From assembly GCA_965242695.1 (NCBI GenBank), contig CBDESU010000002.1, positions 1,112,015 to 1,144,014 of the forward strand: a stretch of 32,000 nucleotides of DNA, given 5' to 3'. Positions 9,125-16,453 of this stretch are shown here, piece by piece (position 1 is the first letter of the stretch; every line of letters starts with the position of its first letter). Below the pieces are notes generated by a model. It worked only from the letters and a program-made list of their open reading frames with translations. It was not told where the DNA came from and ran no database searches. The position numbers were made by a program, and so were the translations under genes. The stretch comes from Cenarchaeum sp. (GTDB lineage: Archaea; Thermoproteota; Nitrososphaeria; Nitrososphaerales; Nitrosopumilaceae).

Positions 9125-9238
9125 GGCCCTGTACCCACATCAGCCCCAGGTAAGTCGCCGACGATCACCGACGATCGCCGACCCTGAGGGTTCGGATACA
9201 GGGTGCCTGAGAGGTGGCGCGGTGGTATATAAGCATAC
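9125..9238 (-). repeat. Copy B of the ~100-nt paralogous non-coding element (candidate small RNA gene with a TATA-like box).
   Basis: On the minus strand, TTATATA is followed by 22 nt and then a core (plus coordinates 9127-9203). The core is closed by a perfect 7-bp stem CCCTGTA / TACAGGG. It contains an 11-nt insertion relative to copy A. Confidence 0.45.
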
Positions 9239-9389
9239 GTCCACCTGTCTGCCCGTGGCCTGCTGGATGGTGCCGTTGCGGCATTTTCGGCCTTGTACAC
9301 AGCGCCGTGCGGGTGTCTCATAGACGTAGCGGGCTGCGGGCGGGTGCCGTGTGTCCACCTTGCCCCCCATCTAGCATGCACGCTCTTGT

Positions 9390-10043
9390 TCAAAACGCGG
9401 CACTTGCCGCCGCCCCGTCGACGTTGATGATGCCGCCAGACAGGTACTTTATCCTGTTGCGGACGACGGATGCGACCAGCGCCCCGATCTCGCGCGGCTC
9501 GCCGAGCCGGCCCATGGGCAGCCCTTCTGCGAACTTGTCGATGTCGTCGACGAGCTCGCGCATGCGGTCGGTGTTGGTTGGCCCCGGAGCTATGTTCACG
9601 CAGCTGATGCCGTCTCGAGCGTACGACGCGCTGAGCACCTTGAAGACGCTGCTGAACGCAGCCCTGTACGCGCCGGACACGACTAGCCGTGGGCTCGGCT
9701 CCCTGACCACGCTCGACGTTATGGCGAAGATGTAGCCGTCCTTCCTGACCCGTATGCCGCGCAGCAGCGAGCAGAACCCCGTGAAAAGCTGGTCGTGGTA
9801 TTTGTCCCATTCATCCTCGGAGACTTCGCCGAATTCCTTAGGCGGCGGGCCGCCCGTGTTGAGGACTAGCACGTCCGTCCCGTTCTGGCCGTGCCGCTCG
9901 ACAAAGCCCCTGACGCTCGCCCTGCTAGATGTGTCGATGTCGGCCCTAGATGTGGCCAGCACGTTGCACCCGTCTGCGCGCAGCGCGTCGGCTACGGCCC
10001 TGCCGATCCCCTTTGACCCCCCTATGACTATCGCATCAGCCAT
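9390..10043 (-). CDS. Short-chain dehydrogenase/reductase (SDR) family protein, 217 aa.
   Basis: 'MADAIVIGGSKGIGRAV' is a TGxxxGIG-type Rossmann motif. 'LVLNTGG' is NAG-like. 'NIAPGPTNTD' and 'LGEPREIGALV' also fit. The expected YxxxK reads 'YRAAF', so the canonical Lys is missing. The start is taken at the internal ATG at 10043 because the upstream part of the ORF is shadow-like. Confidence 0.8.
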   Translation of the reverse strand: MADAIVIGGSKGIGRAVADALRADGCNVLATSRADIDTSSRASVRGFVERHGQNGTDVLVLNTGGPPPKEFGEVSEDEWDKYHDQLFTGFCSLLRGIRVRKDGYIFAITSSVVREPSPRLVVSGAYRAAFSSVFKVLSASYARDGISCVNIAPGPTNTDRMRELVDDIDKFAEGLPMGRLGEPREIGALVASVVRNRIKYLSGGIINVDGAAASAAF

Positions 10044-10125
10044 GCTCGTCGGGCGGGCGCCGGGCGAGGCCGTTAAATCTGTATCATGCCCCCAGCATCG
10101 CGCGCAGGGCCGAGATAATGTTGAT

Positions 10126-10433
10126 GTGCGCGCCGCCGGGGGGCCGGCCGTGAACAGGCACGCCACCGTCGTGAACATTGCAAGGGACGAGGATGGCGGG
10201 TACGTCGCGACCGCGCCCACCCTGCCGGTCTGCATATCCCCGGGAGAGACGATTGCACTGGCCTAGGAAAACCTGGCAGAGGCCATATCGCTGTACTAGA
10301 GTATCTTTTGGAACAGGGCGAGATGCTCCCGCCAGGCCTGGCCGCCGACCCACCCCCTCAACCGCCGCCATCAGCGTGCAGGAAGGGCGCCGGCGCAAAG
10401 ATCAGCGACCTGCCGGCCTGGCCGCCGGCATGA
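10126..10433 (+). pseudogene. HicB-like (UPF0150) antitoxin remnant with an in-frame TAG and a frameshift.
   Basis: 'ATVVNIARDEDGGYVATAPTLPVCISPGETIALA*ENLAEAISLY*' continues after a frame change as 'VLEYLLEQGEMLPP'. This follows the HicB N-domain pattern (..eDGGYva.vP.LPGC.sqGeT.eEAl.N..EAI.lyle.l...Ge.iP). Stops are at 10264-10266 and 10297-10299. A TATA-like 'ttaaatc' lies at 10073-10080. Confidence 0.5.
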
Positions 10434-10534
10434 GGACTGCCGCCGTCCCCTGACTCGGCTTGGGCGTGGGGATTCCACCGGGCCTGCACTCGCATTCCAC
10501 CGGGCGCGGCGGCCGCCCGCGACTGCCTCGACCG

Positions 10535-10897
10535 CTAGGCCTCGCTGATGTCTATGACCGTGCCGAGAACCGAGTCCATTCTGACGACGGCCTTTTTGGC
10601 GCCGCCGCTCCCCCAGCCGAGGGCCACGTACCAGTCGCCCGAGTCCTCATGGTACAGGGTCTCGAGTGTCTCGAACCGCCCGCCGGCGTCGGGGTGCCTC
10701 TTGGACGCGGCCGAGACCGCTAGCGAGACGGCCGACTCCTCGGTCTCTATCCGCCTCTTCATGAGGCCGATGCCGGGGCTCATGCCCGCCGCCCTGCCGG
10801 CTGCGAATATAACCGTGCCGCCCGTGCGGGATGCAATGGCCCTGCCTCGTCGTTGGGTGGCGGCCGCGATGCCTGCGGTCGCTTGCGCGAGGCGCAT
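10535..10897 (-). CDS. Hypothetical protein, 120 aa.
   Basis: Balanced composition ('ETLETLYHEDSGDWYVALGWGSGGAKKAVVRMDSVLGTVIDISEA'), whereas the opposite-strand ORF is S/P/R-rich. On the minus strand, 'tatttatg' lies ~22-28 nt upstream of the ATG at 10897, which is leaderless geometry. Confidence 0.55.
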   Translation of the reverse strand: MRLAQATAGIAAATQRRGRAIASRTGGTVIFAAGRAAGMSPGIGLMKRRIETEESAVSLAVSAASKRHPDAGGRFETLETLYHEDSGDWYVALGWGSGGAKKAVVRMDSVLGTVIDISEA

Positions 10898-10930
10898 TGG
10901 CTCGTCATTTAACGCATAAATACAACTGAC

Positions 10931-10961
10931 CTGGCTTGCCGGCCGTGAGCCGGCAAGCCAG
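10931..10961. promoter_or_regulatory. Perfect 13-bp-stem inverted repeat between a TATA box and the downstream ATG.
   Basis: ctggcttgccggc-cgtga-gccggcaagccag, read directly. It lies between 'cataaatac' (10914-10922) and the ATG at 11011. Confidence 0.5.
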
Positions 10962-11010
10962 CATCGTCCGTCCGAGCACAAAGGGGTACAGACTCAAGAA
11001 CGTCTACTTT

Positions 11011-11262
11011 ATGGTGCGGTGCGAGAGGGATGAGCACGACGACTGTTCGTCGATGCGCAACGCGGTGTTCAACAGCTACCCGAGCATCATGTCTGCGCGC
11101 AACTGCCGCGTCGCCCCAAACTTCAACAGGTTCTGCGTCACGGGCAAGGCGCTGGTCCTGAAGGAGAACCTTGCCGACTTTGAGCGCGCCCTCAAGAACG
11201 TCGTCACGGACGACCCGGAGCCGGTTGGCGTCGCCGAGCTTGACGTGCTGGTCAGTACGTGA
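11011..11262 (+). CDS. Hypothetical small protein, 83 aa (possibly an ACT-like regulatory domain).
   Basis: First ATG in the ORF. It ends 4 nt before the HAD gene, so an operon is likely. No firm family assignment. Confidence 0.5.
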   Translation: MVRCERDEHDDCSSMRNAVFNSYPSIMSARNCRVAPNFNRFCVTGKALVLKENLADFERALKNVVTDDPEPVGVAELDVLVST

Positions 11263-11266
11263 GTGA

Positions 11267-12244
11267 ATGCATGGGGGAATGTCTGTGTCTCTCCAGATAC
11301 GACTGGCCGCAAGGTCGGGATCTTTGAACAAGCTTGTGTCGGCCATCGTCGACAACCGTAGCCGCTTCCCCAACGTGCAGGAAATCGTGCGGTGCCGGGC
11401 GCTCGGGAGCGGCAAGTCATACGTGATAGTCACGTACAGGCATGGGTATGCGCCTTCCGCCGCTGGCATCGCCAAGATAACCAGCGCGTACATGGATCTT
11501 GGTTGCGTGGCGGATGCCACGGTGATCGGAACGCCGGACAAGTTTGCTGCTACGAGATTCGGCAACACACTGCATTTTTTCTTTGATGTAGACAGCACGC
11601 TGACAGAGGGCAATTGCCTCATATTGAACAAGGTGCGCAAGACTTTTAAGAAGATGGTCCGGGACGGGCACAGAATCTACCTCGTGTCGGGCCGCCACGC
11701 AGATCAGCTCCGGCCGGATGCCAAAAGCCTTGGGATAGAGCCGCTGGGAATAGCAGAGAACGGGGGACTCATAACCCTCCCTTCGCCCTCTGAAAGGATC
11801 ACACTTGGAGATCGATCCGAGCCTGACGAAGTACTGCACTACATGATAATCCACTGCCCCAAGGTAAGGGAGGATGTTTCCCAAGCAATGCGGATAACCG
11901 AGAGGATATTCCTTAGGGGCGTATCGGAGACCAAGTTCAGAGAGTACGTCAAAAAGTCCAAGGCGAACGTCGACGTCCTGTCCAGCAAAACTTCTTACCA
12001 CGTGGCAAAGCGAGGCGTCAACAAGGGATCCGCGCTTGAGGAGCTAAAAGCACGCCTCAAGTTTGGCAAGTACGACATTGCCGTCGGTGTAGGCGACAGC
12101 GACTTGGACGTGCCCATGTTCGAGAAGTCCAACTGGAGCTTTGCGGTGCACAACGCATCGAGTCGCGCAAAAAAGGCCGCTACGGTGGTTCTCGAGGGAA
12201 GCTATGGCGACGGCGTCGCCGAGATATACGACCGGTGGCTGTAG
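11267..12244 (+). CDS. HAD-superfamily phosphatase (Cof / HAD-IIB-like) with an N-terminal regulatory-like domain.
   Basis: 'FFFDVDSTLT' is HAD motif I (DxDxT). 'YLVSGR' is motif II. 'KGSALEEL' and 'GVGDSDLDVPMF' are motifs III/IV. An N-terminal extension of ~100 aa precedes them. Confidence 0.8.
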   Translation: MHGGMSVSLQIRLAARSGSLNKLVSAIVDNRSRFPNVQEIVRCRALGSGKSYVIVTYRHGYAPSAAGIAKITSAYMDLGCVADATVIGTPDKFAATRFGNTLHFFFDVDSTLTEGNCLILNKVRKTFKKMVRDGHRIYLVSGRHADQLRPDAKSLGIEPLGIAENGGLITLPSPSERITLGDRSEPDEVLHYMIIHCPKVREDVSQAMRITERIFLRGVSETKFREYVKKSKANVDVLSSKTSYHVAKRGVNKGSALEELKARLKFGKYDIAVGVGDSDLDVPMFEKSNWSFAVHNASSRAKKAATVVLEGSYGDGVAEIYDRWL

Positions 12245-12455
12245 CAGGCAGCATCGCGGTCGCAGGCGCCTGTGTGCCACGTCGGCGGTGGTGGAGCGGT
12301 GCACTGGAGGGAGCGCGGGAGCCAGCTCTTGATGGATGGCAAGTAACAGGAGGCTTTGATCCCGTCGAGCGCACCGGTAGCGCGCTTGACGCAGGACGCC
12401 GACTTGGCCGGCGCGCCCCTGAGGGTTTCATAGCGCCTGCACCTTGATGGATGGA

Positions 12456-12530
12456 AGGGCCCGGAGGGCTTCGATCCCCCGGCCTGGCGGTCCGAAGCCG
12501 CCCGCACTGTCCAGACTGTGCTACGAGCCC
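12456..12530 (-). tRNA. tRNA-Arg (anticodon TCG).
   Basis: Cloverleaf folded by hand. Acceptor GGGCTCG/CGGGCCC, D arm GCAC-AGTCTGGACA-GTGC, anticodon arm GGCGG-CTTCGGA-CCGCC, variable AGGCC, T arm GGGGG-ATCGAAG-CCCTC. The T loop has an unusual A at position 54. Confidence 0.85.
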
Positions 12531-12540
12531 GCCCGGTAGG

Positions 12541-12561
12541 AATTTAACGGCATAAAATACA
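12541..12561. promoter_or_regulatory. Compact AT-rich divergent promoter block (tRNA-Arg leftward, aminotransferase rightward).
   Basis: 'gaatttaac' and 'cataaaatac' boxes each lie ~20-30 nt from the far-side start (12530 on minus, 12571 on plus). Confidence 0.4.
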
Positions 12562-12570
12562 TGTCGGGCC

Positions 12571-13758
12571 GTGAAGGTGTCCGGGAGGGTGGCAGGCGTA
12601 GAGTACGCCATACGCGACATCGTCGCCGCCGCGCGGCGGCTAGAGGCGGCCGGCCGCAGCATCGACTACCTGAACATCGGCGACCCTGTCCAGTACGGCT
12701 TCCAGCCGCCCGAGCACGTCCGCGAGGCGTACGTGGGGGCCATACGCGCCGGCCTCAACTACTACTCGGACTCGGAGGGCCTGCCCGAGCTGCGCGCCGA
12801 GATCGCCTCCCGCGAGCGCTCAAAGGGCCTCGATGCCTCCCCCGACGGCGTGGTCGTGACCAACGGCGTCTCCGAGGCCCTCGACATGGTCGTCTCGTCG
12901 ATCGTAGAGGACGGCGACGAGGTGCTGCTGCCAGGCCCCTACTACCCGCCGTACGCGTCGTACGTCCGGCTGCACGGCGGCGTTCCCGTAGAGTTTGCCG
13001 TCGACGCAGAGAGCGCCTCGCCCGACATCGACGACATGCGCTCAAAGATCACGGAGCATACGGTGGCCATCTGCCTGATCAGCCCGAACAACCCGACGGG
13101 GGCCGTGTTCGGAGAGCGGGCGCTCGGCCGGCTCGTCGACCTTGCCGCCGAGCACGGCCTGTACGTCGTGTGCGACGAGATATACGACGAGATCGTCTTC
13201 GGCGGGAGGTTCGCCGGGATAGGCAGGGTCGCCTCGGACGCGCCCGTCGTCCTGCTCAACGGCTTCTCAAAGGTGCGGCTCATGTCGGGTTGGCGCGTAG
13301 GGTACGTCGCGTTCAACGACGCGTGCGCCGCGCTCGGGCCCCTCCGCGAGAACCTCCCAAAGCTCGCGCGCGTGCGCATATCGACGAACCTGCCGGTGCA
13401 GCACGCCGCCCTGGCGTCGCTGCGCGGGCCGCACGACTACATCGGCAGGTTCGTCTCCGAGGTGCGCCGAAGGCGGGACCTGGCAGTCGGGCGCCTCAAC
13501 TCGATCGAGGGCCTGTCGTGCCCCGAGCCCGGCGGTGCGTTCTACGCGTTTCCCCGCATAGACGACTGCAAGGCCAGGTTCGGCTCGGACGAGCGCTTCG
13601 TCATGGGCCTGCTCGAGAAAAAGGGCGTCCTTGCCGTGCACGGATCGGGGTTTGGCTCGCAGTACGGGTCGGGCCACTTTCGCATAGTGTACCTGCCAGG
13701 CGAGGACGTGCTAGACAGGGCGCTTGCGGGGATCGAAGAGTTCGTGGCGGGGCGATGA
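12571..13758 (+). CDS. Class I/II PLP-dependent aminotransferase (aspartate/alanine aminotransferase-like).
   Basis: 395 aa. 'SPNNPTGAVF' and 'FSKVRLMSGWRVGY' (PLP-lysine motif SK..GWR.GY). Typical length and layout for the family. Confidence 0.9.
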   Translation: MKVSGRVAGVEYAIRDIVAAARRLEAAGRSIDYLNIGDPVQYGFQPPEHVREAYVGAIRAGLNYYSDSEGLPELRAEIASRERSKGLDASPDGVVVTNGVSEALDMVVSSIVEDGDEVLLPGPYYPPYASYVRLHGGVPVEFAVDAESASPDIDDMRSKITEHTVAICLISPNNPTGAVFGERALGRLVDLAAEHGLYVVCDEIYDEIVFGGRFAGIGRVASDAPVVLLNGFSKVRLMSGWRVGYVAFNDACAALGPLRENLPKLARVRISTNLPVQHAALASLRGPHDYIGRFVSEVRRRRDLAVGRLNSIEGLSCPEPGGAFYAFPRIDDCKARFGSDERFVMGLLEKKGVLAVHGSGFGSQYGSGHFRIVYLPGEDVLDRALAGIEEFVAGR

Positions 13759-13772
13759 CCGCGCGCGGCAGG

Positions 13773-14201
13773 TCAGTATGTCCACGTGGCGTACGCGCCC
13801 TCGTCGGGCTCTATCTCTATGATGCAGTCGGTCTCGTTGAGCAGCTCTACGGCCGCCGGCGCGTCGAGCGACTCAAAGTACCGCGACAGTATGGACCTTG
13901 CGATGCGGCGCACGGCGCGCGGCTCGGTGAGCACGCGGGCCGCGCCGCGCCCGTACACGCCGGCGATGTCTGGCGAGTTGACGCCGACGTCGACGCAGAA
14001 CGCGGCGCGGCCGGATGCGGCAACGTTGCGCGCCTTCTTGGACCTTGACATCGTGCCGATACGGATGCGGCCGCCCGAGTAGCGGTACCAGACGGGCGTC
14101 ACGTGCATGTCGCCGGAAGAGTCGGCCGTGGCCAGGCGGAGCACCTTTTCCGAGCGCAGGAACGCGGCACGGTTGAGCTTTTTCACCGCACATCCCCCCA
14201 A
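13773..14201 (-). CDS. Pyridoxamine 5'-phosphate oxidase-like (PPOX-class, FMN/F420-binding split-barrel) protein.
   Basis: 142 aa. 'LRLATADSSGDMHVTPVWYRYSGGRIRIGT...KKARNV' is the typical N-terminal PPOX-fold pattern. It lies immediately downstream of npdG and a small membrane gene on the same strand. Confidence 0.7.
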   Translation of the reverse strand: MGGCAVKKLNRAAFLRSEKVLRLATADSSGDMHVTPVWYRYSGGRIRIGTMSRSKKARNVAASGRAAFCVDVGVNSPDIAGVYGRGAARVLTEPRAVRRIARSILSRYFESLDAPAAVELLNETDCIIEIEPDEGAYATWTY

Positions 14202-14205
14202 GAGG

Positions 14206-14475
14206 TCACGGCTGCAGCCCGCCGGGCCGGTCCCGAGGCTCCTCGACTGGCCCCGTCGGCCTGCGCATGCCCCACGCGACGAGCGCGCACCCGAAGGCGA
14301 TCATCGCCACCGAGACCTTTTCGTTGGTGATGTCGGGGCCGACGAGAAAGTCGAGAACAAAGTCCGGCGTCCATATTATGACCTGCCTTACCAGGACGAC
14401 GGCGGCGGACACGATGAACAGCAGGCCCATCGCGGTGTGCCAATTCCTGCCTCGCCTCGCGTACTCTGGGCACAT
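14206..14475 (-). CDS. Small membrane protein (2 predicted TM helices).
   Basis: 'MGLLFIVSAAVVLVRQVIIW' and 'VSVAMIAFGCALVAWG' are hydrophobic spans. The gene is tightly packed between npdG (stop at 14492) and the PPOX gene (start at 14201). Confidence 0.5.
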   Translation of the reverse strand: MCPEYARRGRNWHTAMGLLFIVSAAVVLVRQVIIWTPDFVLDFLVGPDITNEKVSVAMIAFGCALVAWGMRRPTGPVEEPRDRPGGLQP

Positions 14476-14491
14476 GCGCCAACCCCTTTAC

Positions 14492-15217
14492 CTATACCAC
14501 CTTGATCCCGGGGTTCTTGATGCCGTTGCGGATCATGGCGTTGAGCAGGATGGGCGTGGCGATCTCGGCCATGTAGGCGAGCGGGCCGGGGCCGAGGAAG
14601 ATGGGCCGGAGGCCCTCTATCTGGCGCACCAGGTCGCTGACGGCGGCGACGGCCCCGTCAGAGTCGCCGCACACGAACACGTCGTAGTCCAGCGCAAGCG
14701 CCGTGTTTGCCAGCTTCTTTTCGGATATGACGTGAAAGGCGGACACGACGGGGGTCGACTCGCGGGCGTGGCCCGACACGAGCTCGTGCGAGGTCGGCTT
14801 GCCGTCCCGGACCGGCAGGAACTCGAACCCGACGGCGGTCTTTTCCATGGGGACGATCGGCGAGACGACCACGCACCCGTCGGGCGCGGCGGCCAAGACG
14901 GCGGGGCACGTCGAGTCTATGTTCCCGTAGGGTATGGACAGGACCAGGACGTCGCTGCCGCGGGCCGCATCCTCGTTGGACGCCCCCTTGATCGAGCCGC
15001 CGATCGCGCCGTACGCCTCGGCCGCGGCCGCCGCGTACTCTGACGCCGCGGCCGACGCCCTGCCGGCGTCGCGCGAGCCGACCAGTATGTCGTTGTGCCT
15101 GCACCAGCGCAGCGCAAAGCCCCTGCCCATGCCGCCGGTGCCGCCGATTATCCCTATGCGCCGCCTGGCCGGCTGCCCGCCCGCGTCCCCCTCGGCGCCG
15201 CCGTCTCCCACGCCCAC
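14492..15217 (-). CDS. npdG: NADPH-dependent F420 reductase.
   Basis: 'RIGIIGGTGGMGRGFALRW..HNDILVGSRD' is the Rossmann start typical of NpdG. The length of ~240 aa fits. GTG start with 'ataataataac' upstream on the minus strand. Confidence 0.8.
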   Translation of the reverse strand: MGVGDGGAEGDAGGQPARRRIGIIGGTGGMGRGFALRWCRHNDILVGSRDAGRASAAASEYAAAAAEAYGAIGGSIKGASNEDAARGSDVLVLSIPYGNIDSTCPAVLAAAPDGCVVVSPIVPMEKTAVGFEFLPVRDGKPTSHELVSGHARESTPVVSAFHVISEKKLANTALALDYDVFVCGDSDGAVAAVSDLVRQIEGLRPIFLGPGPLAYMAEIATPILLNAMIRNGIKNPGIKVV

Positions 15218-15243
15218 GCCCCGCCAATGTTATTATTATCTCT

Positions 15244-15933
15244 ATGGGCCGGCGCGCCCAGTTGACCCTGGTGGTCCTTATGAGGCACGGCCAGGCCTCG
15301 AACAATGTAAAGCGGGTCCTTGCGGGCCGCTCGCCGGGGTTTCCGCTCACCGACGAGGGGCGGCGCCAGGCCTCGGCGGCGGCCGAGCTGCTCTCGGACA
15401 TGCGCATATCGAGGGTGCTGACGAGCCCCGTCGAGAGGGCCGCCAGCACGGCCGGGATCGTCTCTGGCCGCATCGGGGTCGAGCCCGAGCCCGACGAGAG
15501 GCTGATCGAGCTGGACATGGGCAAGTTCACGGGCATGGCGTACGACGAGATACTGTCCAAGCACGGCAACGTCTTTGAAAAGTTCTACTCGGGCGACCTA
15601 GAGCTTGCCCACAGGGGCGTCGAGACGTTCGACATGGTCAAGAAGCGCGTCATGGGGCTCGTCGACGAGCTCGGCGGGGGCGCGTCCGGCCAGGGGGCGG
15701 CTGATCCGGCAGGCGCCGCAGGCGCCGGCGGGGGCGGGGGCAACGTGCTGCTGGTCACCCACATGGACCCCATCAAGGCCGTTCTGTCCGCCGCGGCCGG
15801 CCTGGACTCGGACCTGTTGCTCAACCTGGTCGTGGCCAACGCCTCCCTTACGGTCTTTGTACGGCACGAGGGCCGCCTGTGGCTCAAGGCCCTCAACGTC
15901 CTCGAGCCGCGCCGGTACGCCGAGCAGTGGTAG
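15244..15933 (+). CDS. Histidine phosphatase (phosphoglycerate mutase-like) family protein.
   Basis: 'VVLMRHGQASNN' is the RHG catalytic motif. 'LTDEGRRQA' and 'LLVTHMDPIKAVL' (second catalytic His) also fit. It contains a Gly/Ala-rich insert. The start could instead be the Met at 15280. Confidence 0.8.
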   Translation: MGRRAQLTLVVLMRHGQASNNVKRVLAGRSPGFPLTDEGRRQASAAAELLSDMRISRVLTSPVERAASTAGIVSGRIGVEPEPDERLIELDMGKFTGMAYDEILSKHGNVFEKFYSGDLELAHRGVETFDMVKKRVMGLVDELGGGASGQGAADPAGAAGAGGGGGNVLLVTHMDPIKAVLSAAAGLDSDLLLNLVVANASLTVFVRHEGRLWLKALNVLEPRRYAEQW

Positions 15934-15937
15934 GGGG

Positions 15938-16017
15938 CTCCGCCCCGCTCCGCCGCGCCCTCTGCACCTTGCCGCCCCGCTCCGCCCCGCTCCGCCGCGC
16001 CCTCTGCACCTTGCCGC
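15938..16017. repeat. 38-bp segment duplicated in tandem (period 42 bp).
   Basis: 'ctccgccccgctccgccgcgccctctgcaccttgccgc' occurs at 15938-15975 and 15980-16017. A 26-nt near-palindrome, cgacccctaggcgcgccttggggtcg, follows at 16043-16068. Confidence 0.85.
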
Positions 16018-16141
16018 TCCGCCGCCGCCACGCCGGCCCTTGCGACCCCTAGGCGCGCCTTGGGGTCGGGCGCCCGTCGGCGCCCTCCCAGGCCTCCTGC
16101 GCCCCGCCTAGGCGCCCCGCCCCGCCGCGCCCCGCCCAACG

Positions 16142-16150
16142 CTTAAATTG
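16142..16150 (+). promoter_or_regulatory. TATA-like box of the oxidase operon.
   Basis: 'cttaaattg' is the only AT-rich patch in a very GC-rich spacer. It lies ~28-36 nt upstream of the ATG at 16178. Confidence 0.45.
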
Positions 16151-16177
16151 AATTTGAGCGGCGCGCGCACAATCAGC

Positions 16178-16453
16178 ATGAGGCCCCAACGAACCGTCAT
16201 CTTGCTGGCACTGGCCGCGCTCGCATCGACGCCTGCCGCGGCCTTGCCCGCCGCCTGGGCTGCCGGCGGCGACGAGCCGGGCGAGTACCTAGACAGGCGC
16301 ACCGAGATTTGGAACCTGTTCTTCCGCCTCATGGTCGTCGCGTTCACCATCGGGGCGATCGTCTCGGGGACCATCATCTGGCAGGTGTGGCGGTTCAGGG
16401 AGTCGAACCCGAACGCAAAGCCGACCCCCTACGAGGAGAAGGGTGAGTGGTGA
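16178..16453 (+). CDS. Small membrane protein translationally coupled to oxidase subunit II (signal-like N-terminus plus one TM helix).
   Basis: 'MRPQRTVILLALAALASTPAAA' is signal-like. 'WNLFFRLMVVAFTIGAIVSGTIIWQVW' is a TM helix. Its stop overlaps the subunit II start (TGATG at 16451-16455). Confidence 0.55.
   Translation: MRPQRTVILLALAALASTPAAALPAAWAAGGDEPGEYLDRRTEIWNLFFRLMVVAFTIGAIVSGTIIWQVWRFRESNPNAKPTPYEEKGEW

Noticed and set aside
6673-9370. The shared peptide 'HPVSEP..(V/I)VGD' in minus-strand ORFs 6673-6942 and 9140-9370 as a conserved small protein.
   Set aside because: The two DNA copies differ by 1-nt and 11-nt indels, so the shared peptide falls out of frame. Conservation is at the nucleotide and structure level, not at the coding level.
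10264-10299. In-frame TAG codons in the HicB-like frame as recoding or pyrrolysine.
   Set aside because: A frameshift accompanies them, and nothing in the window suggests Pyl machinery. Pseudogenisation is the simpler explanation.
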